DNA of 64,000 bases from the human T2T-CHM13v2.0 reference genome, Homo sapiens. Every line of letters begins with the position of its first letter. Positions within the stretch are counted from its first letter, which is position 1. Made by a program: the position numbers and the translations under genes. The notes under the pieces are model-generated. The model worked only from the letters and a program-made list of their open reading frames with translations, made no database searches and was not told the DNA's origin. The DNA is taken from the NCBI GenBank assembly GCA_009914755.4, contig CP068257.2, positions 43,584,001 through 43,648,000 on the forward strand, read 5' to 3'. Positions 29,771 through 43,954 of the stretch are shown here, one piece after another.

Positions 29771-30074
29771 TGGCAGGAGCAATGCTGCACGCCTGTAATC
29801 CTAGCACCTTGGGCGGCTGAGGTGAGGGGATCACTTGAAGCCAGGATTTCGAGACCAGCCTGGGCAACATAGTGAGACCCTGTCTCTACAAAATATGGAG
29901 GGGGAAAAAAAACCTAGCTGAGTGTGGTGGCATGTACCCGTAGTCCTAGCTACTCAGGAGGCTGAGGTGGGAGGATTGCTTGGGCCCAAGAATTCCAGGC
30001 TATGGTGAGCTACGATCATGCCACTGCACTGCAGCCTGGGCAACAGAGCGAGACCCCATCTCTTAAAAAAAAAA
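29771..30074 (+). mobile_element. Alu (older, J-like)
   Basis: ggcaggagcaatgctgcacgcctgtaatcctagcaccttgggcggctgagg... ctgcagcctgggcaacagagcgagaccccatctc. Confidence 0.85.
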
Positions 30075-33000
30075 GCCCAAGGCTATTCAGTGTCTTCAGT
30101 CTCTTTTCATTCTTCTCAAACATCCAGAGTTTCTGAAACTCACGTAGTTTGCTCATAAACTACTCAAGGTAGTTTGCTGTACCTTGTTTTTCTCACCCCA
30201 GCAAGCAGGGATATTGCTGTTACTGGTGTTAGGATTATTAACACAGTGAGTTTAACTTTATTCATGTTTATGGTTCCCTTGCTTCAGTATCTCTTTTTGT
30301 GTCTTCAACTTTCCTTCTGGGATTATTTTTCATCTTCAAAGGTCCTTTACTGAGATGTGTTTATGGTAAACCGTGTTGGTTTTTCTTTGTCTGGAAGTAA
30401 TCTGTATTTTCCTCTTAATTTTGAAAGATAGTTTTGCAGATAACAGAAGTCTAGATTGAGAGTATTTTCCCCAAGTGCTTTGAGATATTACTGGCGCCTC
30501 CCGGCACCCAGTGTGGTAAGGAAGCTGGCTCTCAGCCTTGTTGCTGCTCTTTTATGGGTCATCTGCGTTTTCTCTCCTGGGACTCAGCATCCTCTGTCTT
30601 TGTTTTCTGCAGGTTCACCATCGCTCTCCAAATGTGGGTTTCTTTTGATTTAGCCTGTTGGGATTCACTGGGCCTTCTGAATGTGAGGATTTATGTCTGG
30701 AAAATCCTCACCTGACATCTCCTTGAATGTGACCTCTCCTGCATGCTTTATTGTCTCTTTCTAGAATATTCTTTACATGAAGATGAAGCCTGTACATTCT
30801 CTCTTCTGTGTCCTTTCATATTTCTTTGATTTTCTATCTCTTTAGCTTTCTTGGCTGCATTCTGTGTAACATTATCAGATTTATCATTCGGTTCATGACT
30901 TATCTTTCAAGTGTGTCGAATTTGCTATTCATGTTTCTAATTTCAATGATATTTTAATTTCTAATTGTATTTCATTTCTGATAACATCTTGTTCCTTTGT
31001 CACACTTCAGTACCCTCTCTTATTTCTGTAAATATGTTAGCCGTCATTACTGTATACTCTGCCTTGGATTATTCCACTATTTGCATTGTGATGAGTCTGA
31101 TTGTACATTTGGTTGTTTCTGCTCACTTACCCATGGTGGCCGGCTTCCTGGTGCGTGTGGTGCCTCTGTGTTGTGAAATCACGTTTGCATGCGTGGGACT
31201 CTCAGGCATCCGAGGGTGGATCCCTGCAGAGGCTTTGTGCCTGCCTTTGCCAGGACCCGAGCAGCCCACTTGGAAGTACATTTTGTGGGTGTGGATGCTT
31301 TAAACCTTGAACCCACTTGAGGATGGCCAGTGGTAGAAATTCTCGAGACTTTTTCTCTTATTTGCTCCTCTTTTCAGAGCTGAGGCTCATGCAGCAAGCG
31401 TCCCTGCCACTTCCCCGTGACTGGCGGGTTTCCCTGGCTCACTCTTGAGGGCCCCTCTTTTGGGCTCCTGGCTTCCTGCAGGGCTTCTGCTCTGGGTTCC
31501 TGCCTCACACAGGCCCCAGGCTTCATCTCTGTGCTTGCCTGGGGCTCATTAATGTTCAGGATCCTGGACAGCAGGGATCAACAGGACCTGTACAGACGGT
31601 GCTGTGCCCAGCTGGACTCACGCTTCTCCATGGCCTCAGGCCTTTTGGGATTCAAGTTACCTTCTCCCCAAAAAGATTTTCAAATGTGATGTTATTGGGC
31701 ATTTTCGGGTTTTAGAGGCTGTCTGTTGGGAGGCCTCCTCCCCCATCTCTTCTGCTGTATTCTGGAAGGGGTGTTCCTGGCCCACCTCCTCAGGATTAGA
31801 GAACTGCATTGCGGCCGACATTTGAAGGACTCGACACAGTGGCCCAGCCTTCCTGTTCATCTTCTCTCTCTGCTTTCCAGCCTCTGCTAGGCCTGTGCAC
31901 CGTGGTGTGTCTCCTGCCCGCTCCCTGCATGCAGAACGTCACTTGTTCTACAGCTTTCCCTGATGTGGTCTCACTGTCCCTGTCCCTGTGGCCACTTATG
32001 TGCCTGTTTATTCATCCTCCATGTTCCCTGAGGAGACGGGCCTGGGAGGGCAGAGGCAGGCCCCACTCACACTCAGACCCCAAGCCTGGGCCTACTGCTG
32101 GCCACGTGGTGGCTCAGGAGACCGTGGCATCTGCCTCCTGGCGCAGGTGGCATGTGCCCGTTCTCCTGAGGGGCATTCTCTGCAGACCAGCTCACATGCT
32201 GTAGCATTGCGGCCTTTCTCAGGAGTCAGCAAGCATGTGTGTTCGTGCAAGCCTTTCTAGAAAGTGACGGGTGGGGACATGTTGGCAGTGGGGGGAGGGG
32301 AGGGGCCGATAGCCTTGCAGCCTCTTGCGGGCCCAGGGCTGTCCGCTCTCCGTACCACTCACATGGCCACCCTGAGGGCAGTGAACCCGGGGCCGTGAAG
32401 CTGCTCTGGTGTGTCCTGAAAAGGCCTTTCCATAGGAGCGAGAGGTGGCCGTGATGGCTGATGGGTCTGGAACGCATGGTCCCGCAGAGAGGCACGGCTC
32501 CACGGCGCCCCCAAAATGTGAGCCCCTCCATTCACTCCTGTCATTCCCGCTTGTCGGGGCCGGGTCACTGAACTCCCAGGCCTGCTTGGGCTGCCCCCCG
32601 CTCCCTGAAGACTCCGTGGCAGAGGGCTGGAGTGCAGGGAGGAGATGGCCCCAGCAGTGGGGGGTCTGGAAACATCTCCATCATCTTTGGGGTCCCCTCT
32701 GGACCCGCCATGGCCTCCCTCACACTCCTCCGTGCAGGTCCAGGCTCTGCCTCACACGTGCCTTGCTTGCCACACTGGGGGCTGGGAGGCTGGGTGGGCT
32801 GGGGGTCTGTCCTCCGCCTTGAGGAGCAGGACAGCGAATCCACCCTAAACTGACTCAGCCCTGCCCTGGCCTCTTCTTGAGGTGGAAGCGGTGTGTGCAA
32901 TGGGAGGGGTGTCGGGGCAGAACTGTGTCCCCCAAAATTCATATGTTGAAGCTCTAACCCCTAGAACCTCAGAATGTGACTTAGGTCTTAAAAGGAAATA

Positions 33001-33879
33001 GGGGCTTAAAAATGGGGATTGAGTTAAAACGGAGGCCTTAAGTCATTAAATTGTACACCTTCAATACGTAACCTTGCAGTGCCCCAGATACCTTAATAGA
33101 TAAATGTTTAAGGCAAAGGACATCAGCAGGGTGGCTGGGACCCAGTCTGCCTGGTGTCCCTGTAAGAGGAGGGGGTGAGGATATAGACACACGCAGAGGG
33201 ATGGCACCGTGAGGACACAGGGAGGAGACAGCGTCTGTGAGTCCAGGAGCATCTCAGGAAGCAGCCCTGCCCCTCCTTGACCTCGGAGCCAGCCTCCAGG
33301 AGAATCCCTCCGTGTTGGTGCTGAAGCCCCCAGGCTGTGGTGTTTTCTCACAGCCGCCCTGAGTGACTCACAGCAGTTTGTCCCTGATGACTCTGTGCTC
33401 TCCTGGGGCTATGTCTTGGTTCTGTGGCTGAGCACCCCTGTTCCCTGCCCTTCCAGGCTCCTGCTCTGACAGCTGGGTGCCTGTGCTGATCTCCTGGCTG
33501 GGGCCGGAGACTCGCAGATAGGAAGTGGGTATTCCTGCCAGGAGCAGGGCGTGCACTTCTGAAAACAGGAGGGTGATCGGTGCAGGGGAAGCCTGGCTTC
33601 ATGTGCTGCTGGAAGTGGATCTGGGGATGAGTGACTCGGCTTGAATCCCTCAGGAGGTGTCGGGCGCCAAGGTCCCGAGCAGTTCCTGCTTCTCGTTTTT
33701 ATAACCTGAGGTGTCCCAATTAGCGGCTGCTTCAGAACAAATCACCCTCAAACTTAATGGCATAAACAACCACTCATTTAATTGTCTTCCACAGTCCTCT
33801 GGGTCAAGGTTCCAGGCGGGCTGGGCTCAGGGCTCTACTTGCAAAATGCACTTTATGGGCCCAGCTTCTCCCTGCCGTG

Positions 33880-34225
33880 GTGGGGGCCCAAGAAGCATCC
33901 CCAGTCTGGTGGAGTCCCCGGTCTGGATGAGCCCCCGGTCTGGTGGAGCCCCCCGGTCTGGTGGAGCCCCCGGTCTGGTGCAGCCCCCGGTCTGGTGGAG
34001 CCCCCCGGTCTGGATGAGCCTCTGGTCTGGTGGAGCCCCCGGTCTGGATGAGCCTCTGGTCTGGTGGAGCCCCCGGTCTGGTGCAGCCCCCGGTCTGGAT
34101 GAGCCCCCGGTCTGGTGGAGCCCCCCGGTCTGGTGGAGCCCCCCAGTCTGGATGAGCCTCCGGTCTGGTGGAGCCCCCGGTCTGGATGAGCCTCTGGTCT
34201 GGTGGCGTCCCCGGTCTGGTAGAGA
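33880..34225. repeat. 17-bp minisatellite, about 20 copies (ccccggtctggtggagc with gatgagc and gtgcagc variants)
   Basis: Direct reading. It underlies the stop-free ORFs 33711..34232(+) and 33804..34396(-) in the track (artefacts). Confidence 0.95.
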
Positions 34226-34879
34226 ACGTTGAGGTGAGTGCTCGAGGGGTTGCTCGCTGCTGCTGGGCCCCACGGTGCCCACCTGGCCCCCCAGGACCCC
34301 AACCCCACACAGCCCTTTGTTAGCCTCCCCACCCCATGCACCTTCCTCCCTCCCCAGAACATCTGGTGAAGATTTGTTGTAACCTCCTGGGCCCACAGTC
34401 CTTGGGGCTGCTGCGGTCCGAGTGTCGGTGTCCCCCAGAATTCACGTGTTGAAATCTTACACCCCAGTGAGCTGGTGTTAGGCCTTTAGGTGAGTGATGA
34501 GGCACAAGGCTGGAGCCCCTTGAATGCGATTCCCAGGGGTCAGCACAGCCTCGTGCCTGAGAAAGCAGACGCAGCCGGGGAGTTGAGACACGGCGCCAAC
34601 ACGATGTGAGCAGGAGGCCAAGCATAGAGACGAAGTTTAGTTTCATTAAATGTCTTTCTCTTTGGCCGCGTTGCGGGAAAAATTTCTGCTGCTCACGAGT
34701 AGAAACACAAAGCAGACAGAAGAAGCCACTTGCTGAGGGAACCCAGGGAAGGGTGAACAGAGGCAGGCAGGTCGGAGGGCCAGGGAGGAGCCTGGCGGCC
34801 CGGAGCTAGGGGACAGGCAGGGCCACCTTATGAAAGCAGAGGGAGCCTGGGGGCTTGGGTGGGTCGACCCTTTCTTGTG

Positions 34880-35160
34880 CTGCCTGTGTTCTTCCCTGAG
34901 TGCAGGAGAGAGAGGGAGACACAGAGAGAGGCAGAAAGAAAGGGAGAGATGGGGGAGAAACACAGAGACAGGGAGACACAGAGGGAGAGACATAGAGGGA
35001 GAGACAGAGAAACATGGGGAGAGATAGAGGGACAGAGAAGGAGTGATGGGGAGAGAGGGAGAGACAGAGAGACTCAAAGAGACAGTGACTGAGGGGAGAG
35101 GCACAGAGACAAACAGAGCAGAAGGGGGAAACAGAGACAGAAAGAGACACGGAAGAGGGT
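34880..35160. repeat. Purine-rich (GA/GAGACAGAGAG-like) low-complexity block
   Basis: gagagagggagacacagagagaggcagaaagaaagggagagatggggg... It is stop-free on both strands, giving ORFs with S/L/P or R/E/G repeats. Confidence 0.9.
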
Positions 35161-35737
35161 CCTGGGCGGGGCCAGGAGCTCTGGTTTTGGGGGCAATAGG
35201 ACTCAGTACCCGAGGGGATGTGCTCGGCGTTTGGGTGGATGGGGGGCGGGTGAGAATGGGGGAGGCTGTTTCCTCAGTTTGGAGGCTCCATTGACTGTAG
35301 GAGACACAGTAGCAGAGAGAGTGAAATGAAAACTAAATCGATCTCGGAAGGAGACAGGGTGGAAGACGTGGCTTTTGTCCCGAAGTTTCCAAAATTCCAT
35401 GCACTGCACAAGTGTATTTGGGGCAGGGTGTGAACGGGCTTCCAGGATCCCCCACCTGATGGAGCCGAAGGTGCGGCGTCACCTGCTTCAGGAGAGCAGC
35501 TGCAACCACAGCTGGCCAGGGCCCCGCCTCCCAGCCCAGCTCTCCTGCCTGCCTGGGTGGTAACTCCACCCACAGGTGGCAGCCGTGGCCACGTGTCTCT
35601 GGGCCACGTGATTGTGTGGGGTCAGGCGTGACTCCTGCTGGGCTCTTCCACCTGCCAGGCTTGGGGGTGGGAGTGGGAGGACGTGGCTGTTGCTGTGGGG
35701 GCATCCCTCTTGTCACCGTGGCAGAGGAGCCTGGAGG

Positions 35738-35870
35738 AGATCCCAGCAGTGCCCCCCACACACACCCAGAGCGGATCCCAGCAGTGCCCCCCACACACAC
35801 CCGGAGCGGATCCCAGCAGTGCCCCCCACACACACCCGGAGCCGATCCCAGCAGTGCCGCCTGTGTCCCT
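35738..35870. repeat. 35-bp tandem repeat, about 4 copies (gatcccagcagtgccccccacacacacccggagcg)
   Basis: Direct reading. Confidence 0.9.
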
Positions 35871-38709
35871 GGATCCAGCCGTGCCTGAGGCCACCTCACC
35901 CACTGCCTTTTGAGTGGTGGAAGTTGTGCTCTTGAACTTCAAAGCCAACTTGGGTCAGGCTTTTGTTCTCTTGCGGCTGAAAACGTGCTGGGGTGGTTGT
36001 GGGTGGGTGGCAGGTGCCTCAGGAGGTGGCACAGCTTCGTGGGCAGGGCCCAGAGGTGCTGACCCGGGAGGCCTCCTGGTGCCACGGGGAGAGCCATGTT
36101 GAGGGGTCTGGCACGGATGGTGGGAAGCACCAAGTAAGTGGCCCTGACTCCAAGAGAACGGGGGAGTCCAGGGCTGCAGGACGGAAGGGCCCAGTGCTGC
36201 CTGTGGCGGCTGGGGCAGTTCTGGCGCCTCACGGGAGGGGCAGCCGTGGAAGCCCCATGAGCTTCCTAGGTACCAGGCCCTCTCTCGGCAGGACGAATCT
36301 CACGTGGTCCTTGCTGCCTGGATGGAGGGGAGTGACTAAAGATGGCAGGGACAGAGGCGTGGCAGGTCCTGTCTGCAGGGTGCCGCCCCGAGGTGGAGCA
36401 GGGGGCCTGGCAGTCCCACCAGGCTCAGAGCCTCCCCTCACCCCGCGCTTGGCTGGGGACATCAGAGCCTGTGGTGAGGGCACCTGTAATTCTTGATGGG
36501 GGCTCTGCTGGGTCGGGGGCTGCTTAGGCCTGGATGCCCTGATTGTGCCCATCCCCCTCTCCCTCCACACTGTCCCCTGCTCCCGAGGGGCTCCCTGCAG
36601 CCCTGACTCTGGCTGGCAGGGGAGGAGTCTGTGGTTGGTGGCGCACAGCAGGTGCGCAGCTGCTGCCCAGAGCTGCCCCCGGGCTCGGGAACTGAAGGAA
36701 GGGCTGTGTAGCCTGAAGCCTGGGCCTGGCCTGTGCTGCGGCCGCACCGCTGGGTGATGCAGGAGCCACTCCACCTCCCTGGCACCCCAGCCTCATCCGG
36801 CAACCTGGGAGTGTGGGCCTCCTGCCCCTCCAGGGAGGCCCTGGCCGTGTCCTCATGGGGCCCCTCCAGGTCCTTGTGGCTCCAGGTCGGGACAGTGGCT
36901 GTGAGATCTGACCCTCCCGTTCCCCCTCCACCAAGTAGGAGAAACCCCGGAGCATGAGCCCTCGTCCTTCACCGTCCCGGGGACAGGGGGACCCCCAGAT
37001 GCTGCACGGCTGACAGGCCAACGTGGCAGAAGCTCCAGCTTCACAGGAAGCCAGTGACCATGAGAGTCTGTAGCTGTAACGAAGCCACAGAGCTGTGGCT
37101 TTCTTTCCCCTTCAGCTCTAGGAAAGGTTATCTGCCCTGCACAGATATCCGGAGGCCTGGCTGGGCTCTGAGAGCATCAGACTGATTATCGTAAGAAAAT
37201 AATCTCTGCAGACACATTCCTTGCTAGAAGCAGGGGACAAAGCCCAGCTTCAAAGACAATTCCACACACGCCCTCCCTGCCCTGCACAGCTGCCTGCCGG
37301 GTGGGAGCAGAGCCCTTGCAGCCGGGCTCAGGGGCCTGGGCAGGGACAGCGTGTGGCAGGGGCACAGCTGAGACAGGAGCCTCAAAGCGACACCAACCCG
37401 ACGTGAAGCTACAGTTGAGGAGACACAGCTGCCCCCATTCCCGGGCCTCATCTCCACAGTGAGACGCTGGACTCTCTCCCTGACCCACCGTCTCTTAGAA
37501 CCTCCCCTCCATCCGGAGCAGTTCGGCAGCCCCAGGGCAGCCAGGGGAACCCTGCCGAGTGCCTCTGGGCCGCCACAGACCGCAGAGCCCGCGGGAGCCT
37601 TGCTCACACAGCCTCAGGTCCACTGTGGTCTTGGGGGAAAGCCCTGTCCTGGGACAGGGGAGCCGGGGGTCGGGGTCCTGGCCCTGGACCACCATCTGGG
37701 GACCACGTTGTCACGCCTGCAAAGCTCCCTGCCCCACCCCCATGTGCCGGCTGGTGTTGACACCTTTGTAGAGTGGGAACCTGCCTCCGACCCCAGCCTG
37801 CAGCCACAGGGCAGGTTATAGACCAGGTGAGAGGGCGCCGCGCCCAGAACCAAGGAGCACAAGTCCGCAGTGCCCATGAGATCCTCATGCTGGCCGGCGC
37901 AGGAGCCATCCTCGGCCTCTGCAGGTCCTCGTGGGAAACCGCGGGGGCACGTGGGGCGGCTGCAGGGTCTGCAAAGCCGGCTGTTTGCGAAGGGCGCAGC
38001 TCCACCTGGAACAGCCGAGGCCGCCCACGCGCTTCCCGCGGGATCAGAGCAGCCTCCACGGCTGTTGTCTCAGGCACCACGGGATGCCTTTCTTCGTTTC
38101 AATAGCTGTGGGAAAGCCTCAATCGGTCCTGAAAGAACCCAGATGTGCAGCAATGACAAGGCCTTCTCTGAGACTCTAGAACCTTCTGCCATCTCAGACA
38201 GGAGGGAGCCGTGAGGCAGGCGGGAGATTTGCAGTCAGCAAAGGACGGGCAGGTGGGGCAGCTGCACACCCAGGGCCCTCTCCACGGTCCTCCCGGGCCC
38301 ACCCCTCCCGCGGTCCTGGGTCATCCACCTGCTGGCCTCACCCTGCCCACGCGGCCAGGTCCCACCGGCCCCTGAGCTCAACAGACCAAAGCTGGCCCGA
38401 CCCCACCCCCAAGAAGAATGAAACAATTTTTTTTTACCTCTTGCAGAAAAGTAAAAGATCATTTATTCATTCTGTTTCTAGATAGCAAAACTAAGTGTCA
38501 AAAGCACCTTCTGCACACAGTCTGCACACACTGGCCGGTGGTCCTGTTCCCGCAAGGTTGAGCTGTGTCCCAGAGACATGGGTCCTCCGGGTGATGAGGA
38601 GCCGCTGGAGGGCCCTGAGCTGCACGTGCTAATGATTAACGCCCCGTCCGTGCTGGCCGGTTTCTCAAATGCCTCCTGACGATTGCGCACAGCCGGACAT
38701 CATTTGTAC

Positions 38710-39040
38710 TGAGAGACAAAAGGAAATCACTGAGGCTTTCTGAGGTGAGCTGGGCGGCCGCGGGGGGACTGGACTCACACCTGCTAACGGCCAGTCCACA
38801 GGACCTGCCCAGAGGCTGGGACACACCGCTGAAGTCACATCCCACGGGGAGCATCCTCACCAACTGACAATCAGCACGGGTTTGTAATTAAGGGTTTCTG
38901 CCCAGCCAATGAACGGCCTCCAGAAACAACCTTTGTGGAACCCCCTATAAAAGCCTTCCCAGCGCTTGCCTTCAGGACACTGCTCAGGGCTGACTCAGTG
39001 TACCCAAACTGCAGTCTTTGTTTCCCAAATAAGCAGTCAT
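38710..39040 (+). mobile_element. ERV 5' LTR (class I, gamma-like), with TATA-like ccctataaaagcc at about 38943-38955
   Basis: About 330 bp co-linear with 41273-41935 (e.g. ggccagtccacaggac...; gggtttctgcccagccaatgaac..cctttgtggaa; ctttgtttcccaaataa). Starts with TG. Confidence 0.7.
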
Positions 39041-41272
39041 TCATTCTACCTCCGTGTCAATCTTTTCTTCGTGAACACAGCTGGTGTCAGGAGCAGGGCT
39101 CAGCAAGATCTCTCCTTTGAGCGGCTTTCTCTGGAATCGGGTGAAGTCCCCACAACACAGAGGCCCCTGTGCGCGCCCCTTCTTTGGGGCCAGCACCTCC
39201 CTTCAACTGAGGCTGATACCTTTATTTGGGAATCTGGGGGCAGTTGCTGCCTCTGTGCCGGCAAAGGCTTTCAGCTTGGAGGACGTTTTCCCTGCTTACT
39301 GGAGATTTTCCCAATGGTGAGTATTATTATCTTAAGTATGGGACTCTGTGCGTCTAAACCTCGTAACAGTTGTGCCCCCTCTGGACTCCAGCCCCGTTTA
39401 TCTGGAGCAATGGACCTTTTTACATTGGCCAAACTGGGGTTCCTTTGCTACACCAACCTAGGTTTTCTCTGAACTAAATTAGAAGAACTTGGTTCCAAAA
39501 CAAGGGTCTTAGCATGTGGGAAGCCACAGAGCCCTAGGAAGGGGGCGTGCTCATGGAAAGATACTGAGCGCGAGGAGCGTTGGGTGCAGCTCCTCCAGAA
39601 GCGAGAGAACGGCCCGTGGCTATGTATTAAAATATACACGTCCAGATGGGGTGCTTGTTTTAATTGGCATTTGGAGGCATCTGGCTGGATGCCATCAGAA
39701 CTCTAACATTGCCTCTCTCCAAAACACAGCGCCTGAACTCACAGAGGCTGATAAAGCACTGAAAGGTGGAGTCCTGGGCCCAGGGCTCCTCCTGCCCCTC
39801 GTTCGGGTTGTTCGTGAGTTTGGTGTGCTTTGGAAACAGACTTTTTAACCTCCAGAGGGAACCAAATTAAAAATGACACTTTTGTCAATAGTTTATTAAA
39901 TTCAATTTGGCTTCCCTCTGACCATAATCAAAATTTCTGGGTATTCAAAATTGGAGTCAGATGAGGCTAAAGAAAAACTTGGTTGATTCCACAGCAAAAG
40001 CCGCTGCCTTGAGTTTCACTGAGACCAAAAACCTTACAGCTAAGATAATTTTCCCAAAAAGGATGTAAATGATGTTATTAAAGACACTCTGTCCCCAGCA
40101 CCCCATGAGCCAGTGTTACCAGAATCTATGAACACGTCAGACGACTCATTGGGCAACTAATGAACTTACACGTTTACAAAACAGTATTGGTGGGGAAATA
40201 TTTCAAGGGCGGCCGAAGAGGCACAACTGCCTTGTGCTGTTTGTCCAAAATTCAACCCAGCAAAGACAATTTGGAGAGTCCCAGGTCATTCTGACCTGCC
40301 AAGTGGACCCTCTGAGGTTTGGCAAATGGACTTCATCCAGCCACTGCCTCTCAAGACTGTAAGTATGTCGTGATGATTTGCATGTTCTTCTCCTGGGTAG
40401 AAGCATTCCCTTCCTGATGTGCCGCTGCCTCAGATGCTGCAAACTCTACAAGAACAGATTCTCCCTAAGTGACAAGGGCGTATCTTCACAGGTAGTGACA
40501 AGGAGCTCCACTGGCCAGGTCATAAAACAAATCTGTGAAGTCTGGTCCACATGACAGCACTGTCATTGTGCCTACCATCCCCAATCTTGCAGACTGGTGG
40601 AAAGCACAGATGGCATCAACTGGCAGAATTTCAGGAAGCACTAAAATTGCCCCCGCCAAAGGCACTTCCTCTGGTCCTTCTCAATCTAAGGTCTGCACCT
40701 TTTGGAAACTGCAAGTTGTCACCTTTTGAAATGATCACTGGAGGGCCAATGCATAGAGTCCCTTCTGCTTTTAATAGTCCACTGATGAAAGGAGACATGC
40801 TCCAGTATTGTAAAGGAATAATGAAGGCTGTCCACGCAAGTCATACCCTGGTCAGACAATCTTTACACAGTGTGTTCCCAGGAGATAAAGGCACCAGACA
40901 TCACAACCTTCAGCCTGATCATTTTCTCTATTGGAAAAGACATTTACAAAAAGATTTCCTTCAACCTCAGTGAAGAGTCCACATCAGGTACTCCTTACCC
41001 ATCCCTGTGCTGCCAAACTAAAAGGTGTTGACCCTTGGATTGAGGTTTCTCATTTAAAGAAACCTCTACCCCTGCTGGAATTCGGACAATCACCTGAAAT
41101 GAAAACTGACCCAAAGGTGAAGCAGATGACAGTTGAGCTTGACTGAGGTCACGTCCCCAACGAGGGACATGACTCCCTGGGACAAGTCCCTCCCAGCAAC
41201 AAGGGACAACATCACATTCACCAACTGATCTGTGACACTTTCTGGAGGAAGAACTTGGTCAAAAGGGGGAAA
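39041..41272 (+). mobile_element. ERV internal region, heavily deleted. Leader and PBS-like tggtgtcaggagcagggc at about 39078; integrase fragments at 40200-41000; polypurine tract aaaaggggg at 41261-41269.
   Basis: Translations give an integrase zinc-finger/core-like ...CAVCPKFNPAKTIWRVPGHSDLPSGPSEVWQMDFIQPLPL and a C-terminal ...QPDHFLYWKRHLQKD...VLLTHPCAAKLKGVDPWIEVSHLKK (compare MLV IN ...[24 protein letters not shown]). The PPT sits immediately 5' of the 3' LTR. Confidence 0.65.
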
Positions 41273-41935
<663 letters not shown>

Positions 41936-42892
41936 CTATTAAAAGTGAACAATGAAAAAGCAGATTCAAAACCTATTCAAATGGTTCTAACTCAATGTGT
42001 TAGTACAGTCACAGCTGCTTACTGAAAACACACACTTGGTCTACTTCAGGAAGACGTGTGGAGAAAGGGTGAAGGGTGAGCCACTGGGCCCAGCTCACCA
42101 CACGACGGCCCCCTGTGCTTGTGTGCGCCCCAACTCACAGTGACAACACTCCGGCCATGCCTCTGCGTGTTGGCTTGGTGTCATCTGCATTGCACTGGAG
42201 TGAAACAGGGTCAGGCTGCCACCATTCACACAAACTTTAAAAATGAAACCTTTATCAAGGGAACATCTTTGGACTGTTTTTAAAACCTTTGGAACCATGA
42301 CTTGGAGCTGGCAGAACAGGCTGTGGCTGTGGACTTCAGCACTACCAACAGTGCTGAAAACACTATGATTTACATCCATTCCAAGTTGCAAGTCCATCTT
42401 TTCTTCCTGCGACAAAAGACCATTAGCTTAAAAAAGGGAGCGGGTTCCATCATCCTTGCAGCAGCTAAGACAACCCCTTGGGGTCCACCTGGGCTCCCAG
42501 CCCCACCTTCCTGATGTTCAGACCCAGCAACTCCTTCCAGGGATACCGCAGGCACTCAGGTCCTCTTGTTAAATTAAATTTGGCCTAAAGCTGCCTCCAT
42601 TCTTTGCATTTCTGCCTAGTGAATTGCAACCTAACGAAGCATGTAAACAAACTCAACCTAATAAGTCTATTTTGTAACAAGTAGCTGAGTCTGTCATAAG
42701 CTGCCAGTGGGTCAGACCACACCCACAGGTGGCAGACGCCCAGCCGTAGCCAATCAGGCTGTTTCCGTGTCTCACTTCCGTGTTCTGTCTGTAAGTGCTG
42801 CCTGCCCGTGCTGCTGAGTGGAGCTCGCTGAACCTCTCCCGGTTCTGAGTGCAATTCATGAACTGTTCTTTGTTCAAATAAACTCTAAAGTT

Positions 42893-43200
<308 letters not shown>

Positions 43201-43954
43201 ATAAAGTTTTTCAACACTCTTGACCATTGCGTCTCACCCGGACCACGCAACAGCCTCCTCACCAGCCTCCGGCTTCCAGGCTATTCCCTGCACAGTGGCC
43301 ACATCACACCCTACGCTGCTCAGACCCTGCAGCGGCCCTCCTACGCACAGATCCTCCTGATGCATCAGTGGCCCAGCTGCTCCATCTGGGACACCAGCTT
43401 CTCTCCGCCTTGGCCGTATGAGCCCTGGGGGCCTCTGTATTCATTGTTCCCGGCCATTGCGAGTTATAGCCCCCCCAGCCTTCCTGAGCCCCTCCCAACC
43501 TCCCACCACCTCCAGGCTTTCTCCACGCGAGTTCTGCAGCATTTACCAGCACCTACCACACAATCTTCTCACTGGCTGGTCTTTTCCCACCACAATTAAA
43601 CTCCCAAAGGCCATACTGCCATCTCCTATGTGCCTAAAAACCTGGCAGTTTTACACCTGAGGGATTCTTTCCCCAAAGAGGCCTCCCAGCAGTCTAATGA
43701 ACAGAAGAGGGCTGGCTGCTGTTGATGACGAGGACTTGCAGGGCCCCTTGAGCACACCCAGGCCACACTGGGGGCCCAGGGGCTCTGGCAGAAGTGGTGT
43801 CCTGATGTAGATGCCACAGCACTCGCAGGCCAGCAGGAGCGGCCCCTACCCTGTTCCTCCATGCCTGGTCACCATCCGCTTTCTGGGAGATCTGAAAAGG
43901 TTCTTCCACCTTCCGCTGTGTGGCAGGAAATGAGTCTAATGAGTCTACACTCCA

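Noticed and set aside
29490-31330. T-rich, repeat-like stretch; possible ancient antisense L1 or other interspersed repeat
   Set aside because: I could not match it convincingly to L1 ORF sequence or any element I know by eye, so it is left unannotated rather than guessed. The same applies to 23480-24220 flanking the U2-like fragment.
33711-34396. Overlapping 168-189-aa ORFs on both strands
   Set aside because: They are products of the 17-bp minisatellite (PVWWSP... repeats). The purine-rich block at 34.8-35.2 kb and the 35-bp repeat at 35.7 kb produce similar ORFs. None is coding.
35333-38105. Many overlapping 100-190-aa ORFs on both strands (e.g. 35333..35899-, 36229..36774-, 37604..38080-)
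   Set aside because: This GC-rich (about 65%) noncoding DNA has ORFs on both strands, no splice-consistent structure and no recognisable protein motifs. This is the expected behaviour of stop-poor GC-rich sequence.
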